DNA from: an uncultured virus (IMG/VR IMGVR_UViG_3300030109_004112)
Lineage: Duplodnaviria > Heunggongvirae > Uroviricota > Caudoviricetes
Length of the DNA: 64,000 bases
Direction: 5' to 3' (one strand)
IMG/VR virus record: IMGVR_UViG_3300030109_004112
Shown here: one piece after another, positions 46,259 to 55,310 of the stretch
Numbering within the stretch: the first letter of the stretch is position 1
How the letters are laid out: the number at the start of each line of letters is the position of its first letter
Notes under the pieces: model-generated
Databases searched by the model: none
Told to the model about the DNA's origin: nothing
Seen by the model: the letters and a program-made list of their open reading frames with translations, nothing else
Made by a program: the position numbers and the translations under genes

Positions 46259-47671
46259 ATGGCGGAGCGTAAGTGGTATCAATTTTGGGGAAAACAGCCA
46301 GTTTTGGCGAAATCAGCAAGGGTACCTACGAATAAGACCTTCACGGTGGCAGCGGGAATACCCGATATTGTAAGAGATACCGAGAGGCTTCGTTCAGACA
46401 ACAAATTCGATAATGAGTTCGACCTTTACGATAGTATGCTGCTTCTTGACCCGGAATTGAACGGTGCAGTAAGGGCCGTGAGCCTAACGGCCAATAACTA
46501 CACCATTAACTACTCAAGAGGAAAAAACGCAGCCATAAGAGAGGCACTCAAAGAATTAGTAGAAGAAAGGCTACCCTTTGACGATTTCCTAATTAATGCC
46601 ATGCGTGGATTAATGGTATATGGTAACGACATCAATAAGATAGTCGGAAAGGAAAATATTGGGGTGACAAAACTACAATCACTGCCAGTTAAGCAAGTAA
46701 CAATAGTGGATAGTAGGGGAGGACCCGGTTCCTACTTCAATGCGGACGAAGACACCCCAATCGTCAACCCAACCGAATATTTACTGAGAGAAGGTACTTC
46801 CAACGAACAATCCTTTCCCGCCAATGAAGTTCTTCATGTGCGTATAGACTACAGAAGCAATTGGTTCGTGGATAACAAAGGTCGTACCTCCTATGGTATA
46901 TGGGGGGCTTCTAGATTCACCGCCCTAAAGCAACCTATACGCATGAAGTATAACAGCCTAAACAATCGACTTTCCCTTGAAGATTCGATGACTAAGCAGT
47001 ATATCACCATAGACAAGTCTGCTATCGAGCACATCCAAGACCCTGCGGAGCAATCCGAGAGACTAACATATATCATTGATGAAATAGTTTCCTTGTTTGA
47101 GGGTCTACGTGGCGACCAAATACCTGTTTTGCCTCATTATGTGAAATTACAGCATATTGACTTGGAGAACAGTCTTCCAAACAGCGGTGATTTCCTAGAT
47201 GCAATAAACGCTGATATTGCGGCTGTTTTGCAGGTTCCCCGTGTTGCATCCGGTCAAGAGCGCGGGTCAACCTTCGCGGCAACCTACAATGCTAACTTGT
47301 GGGCAGTTGGGGCAATTAGCCGAATGCACCGCATCCTAACAGAGTCGTGCCAAAGGATTTTCTCTCTGCATTTAGACCTGCTAGGAATACCACACCGCAC
47401 ACAAGACCTTCCCACCATAACCTTTGAAACTATGGATACCGAAACCCCACTAGATGTTATGAAGAGGGCCACACTTGGTTACAGCAACGGTATCGTAACC
47501 TTGAATCAAGCACTAGACATCCTCAACCTACCTATGATTGGAAAGGAAGGGGAAGAGCGACTAAGCGTGAGTAGTCCCGAAAGCATAGGACCCACACAGG
47601 ACGAGAACTCCCAACCCGGTAATAAAAACGACGAAGAAACACAAGAAAACCGCGAAAGGGAAGTTGAGTAA
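46259..47671 (+). CDS. Portal protein
   Basis: 470 aa, first gene of head operon; LMVYGN, QSLP, EVLHVR, IAAVLQVP, GIVTLNQA pattern. Confidence 0.85.
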   Translation: MAERKWYQFWGKQPVLAKSARVPTNKTFTVAAGIPDIVRDTERLRSDNKFDNEFDLYDSMLLLDPELNGAVRAVSLTANNYTINYSRGKNAAIREALKELVEERLPFDDFLINAMRGLMVYGNDINKIVGKENIGVTKLQSLPVKQVTIVDSRGGPGSYFNADEDTPIVNPTEYLLREGTSNEQSFPANEVLHVRIDYRSNWFVDNKGRTSYGIWGASRFTALKQPIRMKYNSLNNRLSLEDSMTKQYITIDKSAIEHIQDPAEQSERLTYIIDEIVSLFEGLRGDQIPVLPHYVKLQHIDLENSLPNSGDFLDAINADIAAVLQVPRVASGQERGSTFAATYNANLWAVGAISRMHRILTESCQRIFSLHLDLLGIPHRTQDLPTITFETMDTETPLDVMKRATLGYSNGIVTLNQALDILNLPMIGKEGEERLSVSSPESIGPTQDENSQPGNKNDEETQENREREVE

Positions 47672-48192
47672 TGACTCCTTTCTTAATCGTAGCAGTAGTA
47701 TTTATTGTACTTTGTTCGTTTTTGTCTAGAACATTTATCAATCAAATTACTCTAAGACGAGGTATGGCTAGACCGGGGGCAGGGAATCCGAACGAAAAAC
47801 TAATGCTTATTTTTGGTTTTGGAGTAGTAATGTCGTGGGTAGTAATTGCGTCTGCGGCTTCGTATTACAGTATTGTTGAAGTGAGGGAAATAAGCGATTC
47901 GCAACTGACTGTTATCGGTCTTTTGGGTGGTCCGGCACTTCTCATAATAACAAGTGTGCTAGATTTATTCAAGGGTAAGGAGACAGCAAAGATAAACGTC
48001 CTACCGGACAGGCTTTCTGCCGATGTCGCTTCTGCTGATGCTCAGAGAACCCACACACGTACATTAGAAGAAATTCAATTGAAGCACGACTTGGATATGC
48101 GAGCATTGAAACAGGCTCACGAATTGAGAATGGATGCGTTTAACACCACTAAGGATAAGAAAGAGGCTGATATGCCAAAGAAATCTAAGTGA
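47671..48192 (+). CDS. Membrane protein (2-3 TM, holin-like?)
   Basis: Hydrophobic segments then charged coiled coil. Confidence 0.5.
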   Translation: MTPFLIVAVVFIVLCSFLSRTFINQITLRRGMARPGAGNPNEKLMLIFGFGVVMSWVVIASAASYYSIVEVREISDSQLTVIGLLGGPALLIITSVLDLFKGKETAKINVLPDRLSADVASADAQRTHTRTLEEIQLKHDLDMRALKQAHELRMDAFNTTKDKKEADMPKKSK

Positions 48193-48536
48193 TGGGTATG
48201 TGGGAATACCAAGCAGAATTACTTAGAGTAATTGACGGCGACACTGTTGATGTCAGAGTAGATTTAGGATTCAAAGTCCATTACAATGTTCGCGTAAGAA
48301 TGCACGGAATTAATGCGCCGGAATCCCGAACACGGGATAAGGCGGAGAAGGTCAGGGGCCTTGCCGCGAAGGAAAGACTGGAACAACTGATAACGGGGAA
48401 GAACATAATATTGAAATCTCACGGTGTCGGTAAGTTTGGTAGGTGTCTAGGGACCATTATGGTCGGAGGCGTTAGCGTCAACGCCACTTTGGTTAAGGAA
48501 GGACACGCAGTTGAGTACTTTGGCGGAAAGAGGTGA
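48189..48536 (+). CDS. Thermonuclease (SNase family)
   Basis: RVIDGDTVD, VRMHGINAPES, KFGRCLG, LVKEGHA. Confidence 0.88.
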   Translation: MMGMWEYQAELLRVIDGDTVDVRVDLGFKVHYNVRVRMHGINAPESRTRDKAEKVRGLAAKERLEQLITGKNIILKSHGVGKFGRCLGTIMVGGVSVNATLVKEGHAVEYFGGKR

Positions 48537-49381
48537 AAATGTTGTCAGCAGAAGAGGTTGATTCAATTATTGAGGTTATCAATCAACGAGCAACCGAAGT
48601 AAGACAACTAATTATCACCATAGGCTCTATCCTTGCACTTCTCATGCCGGCCGTTGAAATGGTGGGTATTCTCGACATCACTCCCTATGGGGAAGGTGAT
48701 GACGAATGGATAGGAGACGCTGATTGGGAATGGGGCGACGATTTTGAGTGTGGTGACGGAACCATGATACAAGCATCCTTAGTTAATGATGGATATAGAA
48801 ACTGTCGTGATGGTTCAGACGAACCCGAAGAAGAAGTTGAAGAAGTTAATGGAAATAATACTGTGATATTGCCCGAACAGGGATGTACCGACCCCAACGC
48901 ATTGAATTACGATGAAGAAGCAGAAGAAGATGATGGTTCCTGCGACTATGGTGGAGATGAACCAAATAGGGGTTGTACCGATGATAACGCGACTAACTAT
49001 GATTCTTGGGCCGAAGAAGACGATGGCTCATGCGAATATGAAGATGATGTCTCTATACCGGAAGATTGTAGGCCCGATATGTGGGATGCGTTTTATGATT
49101 ATGACAATGGTAATATGACTATTAGTTGGGATGCAGACCTTACTTGTGATAACGCACCACACAACCTAACCCTAATTTGGACCTTTTACCATAATACCAC
49201 CAACGAAACAGGAAATTGGTCGGGCATACAGGAAGAATACACCTACGAAACATATTATCAAGATTGGGATTATGTGAACCTAACAATAGCGGTTCCCGAA
49301 GGTTATTATGATATTTTTGGCACTTTTGGATTTAATGATAATTATTATCGTGCCGTCGATTGGTATGCGGTGGAAGTCTAA
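48533..49381 (+). CDS. Membrane-anchored acidic protein with LDLa-like and GCTD repeats
   Basis: N-terminal TM; ECGDG...NDGYRNCRDGSDE; two GCTDxNAxNYDxxAEEDDGSC repeats. Confidence 0.7.
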   Translation: MKMLSAEEVDSIIEVINQRATEVRQLIITIGSILALLMPAVEMVGILDITPYGEGDDEWIGDADWEWGDDFECGDGTMIQASLVNDGYRNCRDGSDEPEEEVEEVNGNNTVILPEQGCTDPNALNYDEEAEEDDGSCDYGGDEPNRGCTDDNATNYDSWAEEDDGSCEYEDDVSIPEDCRPDMWDAFYDYDNGNMTISWDADLTCDNAPHNLTLIWTFYHNTTNETGNWSGIQEEYTYETYYQDWDYVNLTIAVPEGYYDIFGTFGFNDNYYRAVDWYAVEV

Positions 49382-51336
49382 TGCCTTCCCCGCGTAGTAA
49401 TGAAAGTCGGGACGACTTCGTTCAGCGTTGCATGGGCGATTCAGAATCCGTTGGTGATTTTCCCGATAGCAAACAAAGATATGCGGTATGCAACAGTTTA
49501 TTTGATAAATCAACCAAGGCAAGCATTGGTATAATGGCTTCCGAGTGTAATATGGGTTATAGTGCAGAATCCTGCAAAGCCGATACTGGTGGTTCGTGTT
49601 CTTGTGTTGCCGCAGAGCCTATGCCCAAAGGTGGCGAAACACACGAAGAATACATGAGTCGATGTATGGCTATGGGTTATTCTGAGGAAGAATGTATGAA
49701 AGCACACGAAGGCCATGAGTTTGAAGTCGAAGGATATCACGACGACGAAAAAAAGAAATACGCCAGTGAAAAGGGTGATTGTGGTTGTGGATGCAAAGGC
49801 GGAACAGTATCTTACGAGAATTGGGAAGAAGAGGGAGTTACTGCCGCTGAATACCAAGGCCGAAAAGTTACACTTAACAAACCATTCAGAACTCCCGGCG
49901 AAAACAAGAAATTCGGAGTATATACTAAGAACGGTAGCGGTACTGTAGTTATTGTTAGATTTGGCGACCCCAACATGGAAATTAAGAGAGACGACCCCGA
50001 AAGGAGAAAGTCGTTCCGCTCACGACATAACTGTGATAGTCCCGGTCCAAAGTGGAAGGCCCGCTATTGGTCTTGCAGACAGTGGAGAAGCGGACCAAAG
50101 GTAGAAGCCGGAACTACGCCGTGTGGTTGTGTCGAAGAAGTGCCACAAAAGGCGAACGAAAACACTTGTGCCTCAGACGAGGAACTAATCGACGGCGTTT
50201 GTCAAAAGGTCGCTGTTACCATAGATTTGGAGATTGGTGATGTAGAGGCAATAGTAGAAGCCTCAACTGGTAATCAAATTGTGAAGATTTCCGGAATAGC
50301 CTTCCACGAGGGCATCAATAAGAACAACTGGGAGTTAACCCGCGAAGCCGCAGTAGAGGTCGCAGAACAAATGGTTGGGGCAGACATAACCCTAAATCAC
50401 CCGGAAGCATCAGAATATGGTAGCGGTTTTTCTAGAAACATGGATGGTGGAGTTAACGAGGCTGTTGTTGGCTATATCGCTTCCACCTTTGTAGAAGACC
50501 TGCCTGATGGAAAGTGGAATGTAAGATATATTGCTCATGTAGTAAGGTCAGAGTTATTCGCTTCCCTAGAGTCCGGTCTATGGTCTAGGGAGGATTACGG
50601 CGTTAGTATAGGTGGCTCCGGAGTACCCATTGAGGCTACAGAGGAAAGGGTGCTTTTCGGTCCCGGTTTCTCCTTTGACCACCTAGCAATAGTCCACAAA
50701 CCGGCATACCCAAGGGCCAACATAGAAGAAGTCGAAAGAATTAACGCTTCTGACAATTCCACACCGGAGAGATTAGGTTCCGCAAGAACCTTCATATATC
50801 AGCCCAATGGTGGGGAGAATATAACACAGCAGGTGTATGCTATGACTGACGAAACAACAGTAGATTATGAGGCCGACATGGCCACAATGAAGGAAGAGAT
50901 GGAGGCTATGCAAGCAAGTCTCGTTCTTGCCAACAGCCGCGTTAATGAGTACGTGGCAGAGGAAGAGGCAAGAGTAGAGGCATCACGCATAGCACTTGTC
51001 GAGGAAGCAACCGGTCTTGGTATGTCGGGTCATGAGGAACTATCCTCAGACACCCTAACAGACCTAATCGCTTCTTGGAATGCCGCGCACCCCGACCCGG
51101 AGCCCGTTGAGATGAAGCCCGTTGAGGAAGCAGTTGCTTCTGAGACAGAGGTAATCGCTTCTGAGGAGCCACGAACGGTTGTCGCAAACTACCTAAACGG
51201 AGAAATGGTAGAGTCCGATGAGGACATTTATTCTCGTGCATGGAACGCATGGGCAAAGGCTTGGAACCAAACCCTTGCTCACGACGAAAAGACAATGCGA
51301 GCCCCACGATACGAAGACATAAAGGAGATGATTTGA
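49381..51336 (+). CDS. Prohead protease/scaffold with Cys-rich N-terminal extension
   Basis: ISGIAFHEGINKN, TLNHP, GVSIGG, FDHLAIVHKPAYPRANI; acidic coiled-coil C-terminus; start at TAATG overlap. Confidence 0.8.
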   Translation: MPSPRSNESRDDFVQRCMGDSESVGDFPDSKQRYAVCNSLFDKSTKASIGIMASECNMGYSAESCKADTGGSCSCVAAEPMPKGGETHEEYMSRCMAMGYSEEECMKAHEGHEFEVEGYHDDEKKKYASEKGDCGCGCKGGTVSYENWEEEGVTAAEYQGRKVTLNKPFRTPGENKKFGVYTKNGSGTVVIVRFGDPNMEIKRDDPERRKSFRSRHNCDSPGPKWKARYWSCRQWRSGPKVEAGTTPCGCVEEVPQKANENTCASDEELIDGVCQKVAVTIDLEIGDVEAIVEASTGNQIVKISGIAFHEGINKNNWELTREAAVEVAEQMVGADITLNHPEASEYGSGFSRNMDGGVNEAVVGYIASTFVEDLPDGKWNVRYIAHVVRSELFASLESGLWSREDYGVSIGGSGVPIEATEERVLFGPGFSFDHLAIVHKPAYPRANIEEVERINASDNSTPERLGSARTFIYQPNGGENITQQVYAMTDETTVDYEADMATMKEEMEAMQASLVLANSRVNEYVAEEEARVEASRIALVEEATGLGMSGHEELSSDTLTDLIASWNAAHPDPEPVEMKPVEEAVASETEVIASEEPRTVVANYLNGEMVESDEDIYSRAWNAWAKAWNQTLAHDEKTMRAPRYEDIKEMI

Positions 51337-51337
51337 T

Positions 51338-51793
51338 ATGGCATATGGAGAAGGAGCAGACCCAAGGAACGCGGACCTAAAGGCGGCAACAGTCGTCTAC
51401 GGACCCGGAAAGATAATGACAATGGATGGTACTAACAACAGACTAGACCTCTCAGCCGCAACTGAGATTGGACTAGGAATCAGCGTTGGAGACTCTTCCC
51501 GCGACTCAGCCAAGGTGCTAGAGACAACGGGAGCAACAGTCTCCTACTACCCACTAGGAGGCGTACTAATGGTACAAGCCCTAAACGGTGAGACTTACAC
51601 CACTGGATGCACAGTGTATGTAGGAGCAAACGGACTCGCAACGGTAACAGCGGGCTCAAACAAGAAGTTGGGCCTCTACGTCGGTGAGGGAATTGCTGCA
51701 ACAGCCGCTCTAGGAGCGAATGGTGCTGGCGACACAACCAACACTGAGGGTGAGATGGTCCCAGTTATGACCGCAGGAGCCGCAATTGCGTGA
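51338..51793 (+). CDS. Capsid decoration/cement protein
   Basis: 151 aa Gly/Ala/Thr-rich, between protease and major capsid genes. Confidence 0.6.
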   Translation: MAYGEGADPRNADLKAATVVYGPGKIMTMDGTNNRLDLSAATEIGLGISVGDSSRDSAKVLETTGATVSYYPLGGVLMVQALNGETYTTGCTVYVGANGLATVTAGSNKKLGLYVGEGIAATAALGANGAGDTTNTEGEMVPVMTAGAAIA

Positions 51794-51804
51794 GGTGATT
51801 AAGA

Positions 51805-52713
51805 ATGGCAAAGACACTAGAAGAAATACTAAACGTATCAGCAGCAGCAGGGCCGTTCTCCACAGGAGACGCGGTGCTTGAGCAGACACTAAGAGACTTT
51901 ATCCAACTACAGTCCACTACGATTGCAGTTGGAACCAAGGTTGTCGGTTCCCGAACCGTTCCTTGGCTAGACTTCAAGTGGTACACAGGGGTTAACGGAA
52001 CTTTCTCGTACCCACTAGACGACAACGCAGTAGTTGACCCAACCAAGGTCGGTACTGCTAACTACGGCGTCAAGTTGGAGAAGGGACAGGGACGTGTTAC
52101 CTTCCTAGACAGCGTTAGACTACGCGGTGAGTCATGGGAGAATATCGACAGGCAGCAACTTGGAATCATCCGAGCAAGGGCCGACAAGATTGATAACCAC
52201 ATCCTAACAACCCTAATCGCTGGCGCAGGTCAGACACAGGCCGCAACCGCAACATTCGGTGCAGCAGCCGCAGATGAGGAGAAGGACCTGCTAGACGCTA
52301 TGGACCTAATCTTCGCTAACGCAAGGGTTTCCGGAGACGAGCCAATGGCTCTTATCCTCCCCGCAGACAAGAGAAGCACTATGCTAAACACACAGTTGTT
52401 TGGTAACGTGGTTGAGTCACTACAGGCCCACCTTGGTAGAGTCGCTAACCTGACTATCTACTACTCAAGGGACTACGGAACAAGCGGCGCACTAGGAAAC
52501 GATGCGCTACTACTAATACCCGGTGCAGAGACAGCCGAGTTCTTCCAGTACAACGGACCCGGATTCCAAGAGACTGAGTTGACTAGGATTCCCGGCGTCG
52601 GTTTCGATTGGCTACTGACTTCCTTCATGGGTTCAGTCGTCCACGAGATGCAGGATGGAGCCGCAGCAGGTACGAACAACAGAATTGTTAAGATTACCGG
52701 CGTGAGGGCTTAG
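51805..52713 (+). CDS. Major capsid protein (HK97 fold)
   Basis: 302 aa, position in head operon, GAGGTGAT RBS, IRARADKIDNHIL spine-helix pattern. Confidence 0.8.
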   Translation: MAKTLEEILNVSAAAGPFSTGDAVLEQTLRDFIQLQSTTIAVGTKVVGSRTVPWLDFKWYTGVNGTFSYPLDDNAVVDPTKVGTANYGVKLEKGQGRVTFLDSVRLRGESWENIDRQQLGIIRARADKIDNHILTTLIAGAGQTQAATATFGAAAADEEKDLLDAMDLIFANARVSGDEPMALILPADKRSTMLNTQLFGNVVESLQAHLGRVANLTIYYSRDYGTSGALGNDALLLIPGAETAEFFQYNGPGFQETELTRIPGVGFDWLLTSFMGSVVHEMQDGAAAGTNNRIVKITGVRA

Positions 52714-52750
52714 GCGTCTTAACGACGATTGGAGTTAAGGAGGACTAAGA

Positions 52751-53170
52751 ATGCCACAGAACAGAAAGTTTCAGAACTTCCTTGATGGCGTTATGCCAAA
52801 GGTCAGTGATGGCGGCGGTTCGTCCGGTGCTATCCCAAGAATGTACCGCCTTACCACAGCGGCAGATGCCACTAACAGTGTAAGTGTAGTTGTTGATACT
52901 AACTTTGAGGTAACAGACGTTTGGTGCATGTTGCTAAAGGACGGTGGAGCAAACGGAAACGCTTTCCAAGTGCTTAACAGTTCAACTGCAATAACCGACA
53001 GCATTGTTGTCGGTACTGCGGGAGACAAGGATGTTGTGCGCTGCGGAGAGATAGACGACGCAGGTTACAAAATTGCAGCCGGGGGAACGCTTAAGGCGAC
53101 GGCTACTGATGCCGGGTCAACAGATATACCCGGTCTTCATATATTCGTCCTCGGCTACACATATTCGTGA
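52751..53170 (+). CDS. Virion structural protein
   Basis: Beta-rich, AGGAGG RBS, follows capsid gene. Confidence 0.55.
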   Translation: MPQNRKFQNFLDGVMPKVSDGGGSSGAIPRMYRLTTAADATNSVSVVVDTNFEVTDVWCMLLKDGGANGNAFQVLNSSTAITDSIVVGTAGDKDVVRCGEIDDAGYKIAAGGTLKATATDAGSTDIPGLHIFVLGYTYS

Positions 53171-53183
53171 GCCGGGTGAATGA

Positions 53184-53555
53184 ATGAGCAGTAAAAAACC
53201 TACAAAGGCTTCACTCGTATCGGCCTTGAAAAAGGCCAACATACCCATACCAGCGTCAGCCAGTATTGCTGAAATGAGCAATCGGTTGAAGTATTGGCAG
53301 GGTGGCGAAGGATGGCTTGTTAGACTTCTAAGGGCCTCCTCTAGATTTGATAACCACCCAGTAAACCTACTGAGTAACAAGAGGGAACTTTACTGGCTTC
53401 CTAATAGTGATATGGCTAACAAGATTATTGCTTCAAGAATTGTTCTCGTCGTAGATAGGACAAACGAACCTTCAAATGACGCAATAATTATTGATGTTCC
53501 ATCGGACTACGATAGTAGGTGGGGTAATGGCAGTAACGACAGCGCAAATTCGTGA
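53184..53555 (+). CDS. Hypothetical protein (HeH/LEM-like N-terminus)
   Basis: PTKASLVSALKKANIPIPASASIAEM. Confidence 0.5.
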   Translation: MSSKKPTKASLVSALKKANIPIPASASIAEMSNRLKYWQGGEGWLVRLLRASSRFDNHPVNLLSNKRELYWLPNSDMANKIIASRIVLVVDRTNEPSNDAIIIDVPSDYDSRWGNGSNDSANS

Positions 53556-53961
53556 TTTACTCAATAGACCTAGAGGTCTTAATGAGGGCACGATAACTGA
53601 ATATATCACAATTCGTACAGCCGAAGTTGAAAAAATCGCTCGTAAGAGTGGTTATGTTGGTGTCACTACCGATACCGCCCCAACCACTACTCTCAAAGAA
53701 AGCGCAATTAAGATGTTAGTTTGTGTTGATTGTCTACGAGTAGTCATAGATACGCTTCCTACATGGGTACCTGAAAAGGACCAAGGTACTCAAGATATTA
53801 GATTCAATAAGCAGTTGTCTTCATTTGAGAAGAGTGCTGATAAGGTTTTGAAAGAGATAGCGGAGGCGAGCGGTACAGCGTTTTACAACAAAGCAACCGC
53901 TACAAAGTTGAGTGGTGCTACAAGCGCGGAGTTGGCCGGTACGCTGAACTCAGCGGATTAG
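53527..53961 (+). CDS. Head-tail connector-like protein
   Basis: MAVTTAQIRDLL...ITEYI...AEV helical adaptor pattern. Confidence 0.55.
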   Translation: MAVTTAQIRDLLNRPRGLNEGTITEYITIRTAEVEKIARKSGYVGVTTDTAPTTTLKESAIKMLVCVDCLRVVIDTLPTWVPEKDQGTQDIRFNKQLSSFEKSADKVLKEIAEASGTAFYNKATATKLSGATSAELAGTLNSAD

Positions 53962-53972
53962 GTAGTGACTGA

Positions 53973-55301
53973 ATGACGACAGAGAGAACATGGCTTGGCG
54001 GTACATCAGTTGATGCTACTAATGCACTTAATTGGTCCCCCTCTACCCCTATCTCTCAAACTGATTCCAAACTAATTTTTACTGGTACTACAACCCATAG
54101 TTGTGATATGAGTAGTGTGGGGGCTCAATCTTGGGAAGGTATAAAAATAAACGATAATTACTCGGGTACAATTACCTTCCCAACACAGGACATTACCCTA
54201 ACTGCTTCCGGTCTTGAAGTAAAAAAGGCAGAGAAAATAACTACTGCTAGCACTTCCGTTATTTCGTTCACCGGGGCAGCACCATTTAGTGAAGTTACTT
54301 CTACGGGCTCTTCCGGTGATATTGGGTATTACATCAAATACGATAATACCACAGATACATCATTAGATACATCCGAAGTGGGTATGTTTACAACAAGTGC
54401 TAAAAGAGCGGGCTTTACCTTCAAGATAACGCCACAACCTAGCGCAAAAATAGGATTTATGGATGGAGTATACCCAAAAATCGTTTTAGTAAATCCTAGT
54501 AGCGGTACCGCTACGTTCAGTCCCACGTTTTTCTACAACACATATACATCTACTACAACAGTTAGAAGTAATAGTATAGGAAACATTGGGGTTAACTGTT
54601 TGGATTTAACTGTACCATCAGCAATAACAGTTACACCAAACACTAGAAACTTCAATGACGACAAAAAATCGTTTATTTTCGATGGTCAATTAACTGTTGG
54701 GTCAACACCCTTTGATTGGGGTTATTCTTCTGTAGAGTTTGTACCTTGGCAAGCAAATACTCCTTTCCCCTGTACCGGAAGCACCTCCTTTGGTGCTTCT
54801 AGTACGTTTGTGGCTAAATACAACAAACTGGTAATAGGAGAGGCCGATACTGCATCTTATCTATTCTCTATACAAGACGCACAGAGAATAACGTGCGGTG
54901 AATTAATTATCAATGGAAGATTATACAGTAGTGGAATAGTAGGGGGCGATGATACTTCGGAAATACACTGTCTGAAAAGACCGCAAATAAATGGTGATTG
55001 GAATTTTACCCAAATATCAGATGGGGTATATAGGGCTAAGGGTACTTCTGAAAAATTAGGAGTTCCTTATGGTGGGACAGGACTTACTGCTGTTTCAGAC
55101 AACTCTTTACTATATGGTAACGTACAGGGAGAACTTTCTACCTTAGCAATAGGTAGTTCGGGACAAGTCTTACAAGTCGGTAGTGGGGGTAGTCCTGAAT
55201 GGGGTAGCGGTAGTGCTGGCGGTTCCGGTACAGGGTTGATAGACATAGGTTCATTAGCAAATGACCAAGATGTAACAATAGAAATGGGGACTTTAGTATA
55301 G
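53973..55301 (+). CDS. Fibre/spike-like structural protein
   Basis: T/S/G-rich; LGVPYGGTG and LAIGSSGQVLQV...PEW fibre motifs. Confidence 0.6.
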   Translation: MTTERTWLGGTSVDATNALNWSPSTPISQTDSKLIFTGTTTHSCDMSSVGAQSWEGIKINDNYSGTITFPTQDITLTASGLEVKKAEKITTASTSVISFTGAAPFSEVTSTGSSGDIGYYIKYDNTTDTSLDTSEVGMFTTSAKRAGFTFKITPQPSAKIGFMDGVYPKIVLVNPSSGTATFSPTFFYNTYTSTTTVRSNSIGNIGVNCLDLTVPSAITVTPNTRNFNDDKKSFIFDGQLTVGSTPFDWGYSSVEFVPWQANTPFPCTGSTSFGASSTFVAKYNKLVIGEADTASYLFSIQDAQRITCGELIINGRLYSSGIVGGDDTSEIHCLKRPQINGDWNFTQISDGVYRAKGTSEKLGVPYGGTGLTAVSDNSLLYGNVQGELSTLAIGSSGQVLQVGSGGSPEWGSGSAGGSGTGLIDIGSLANDQDVTIEMGTLV

Positions 55302-55310
55302 GTGATATAA

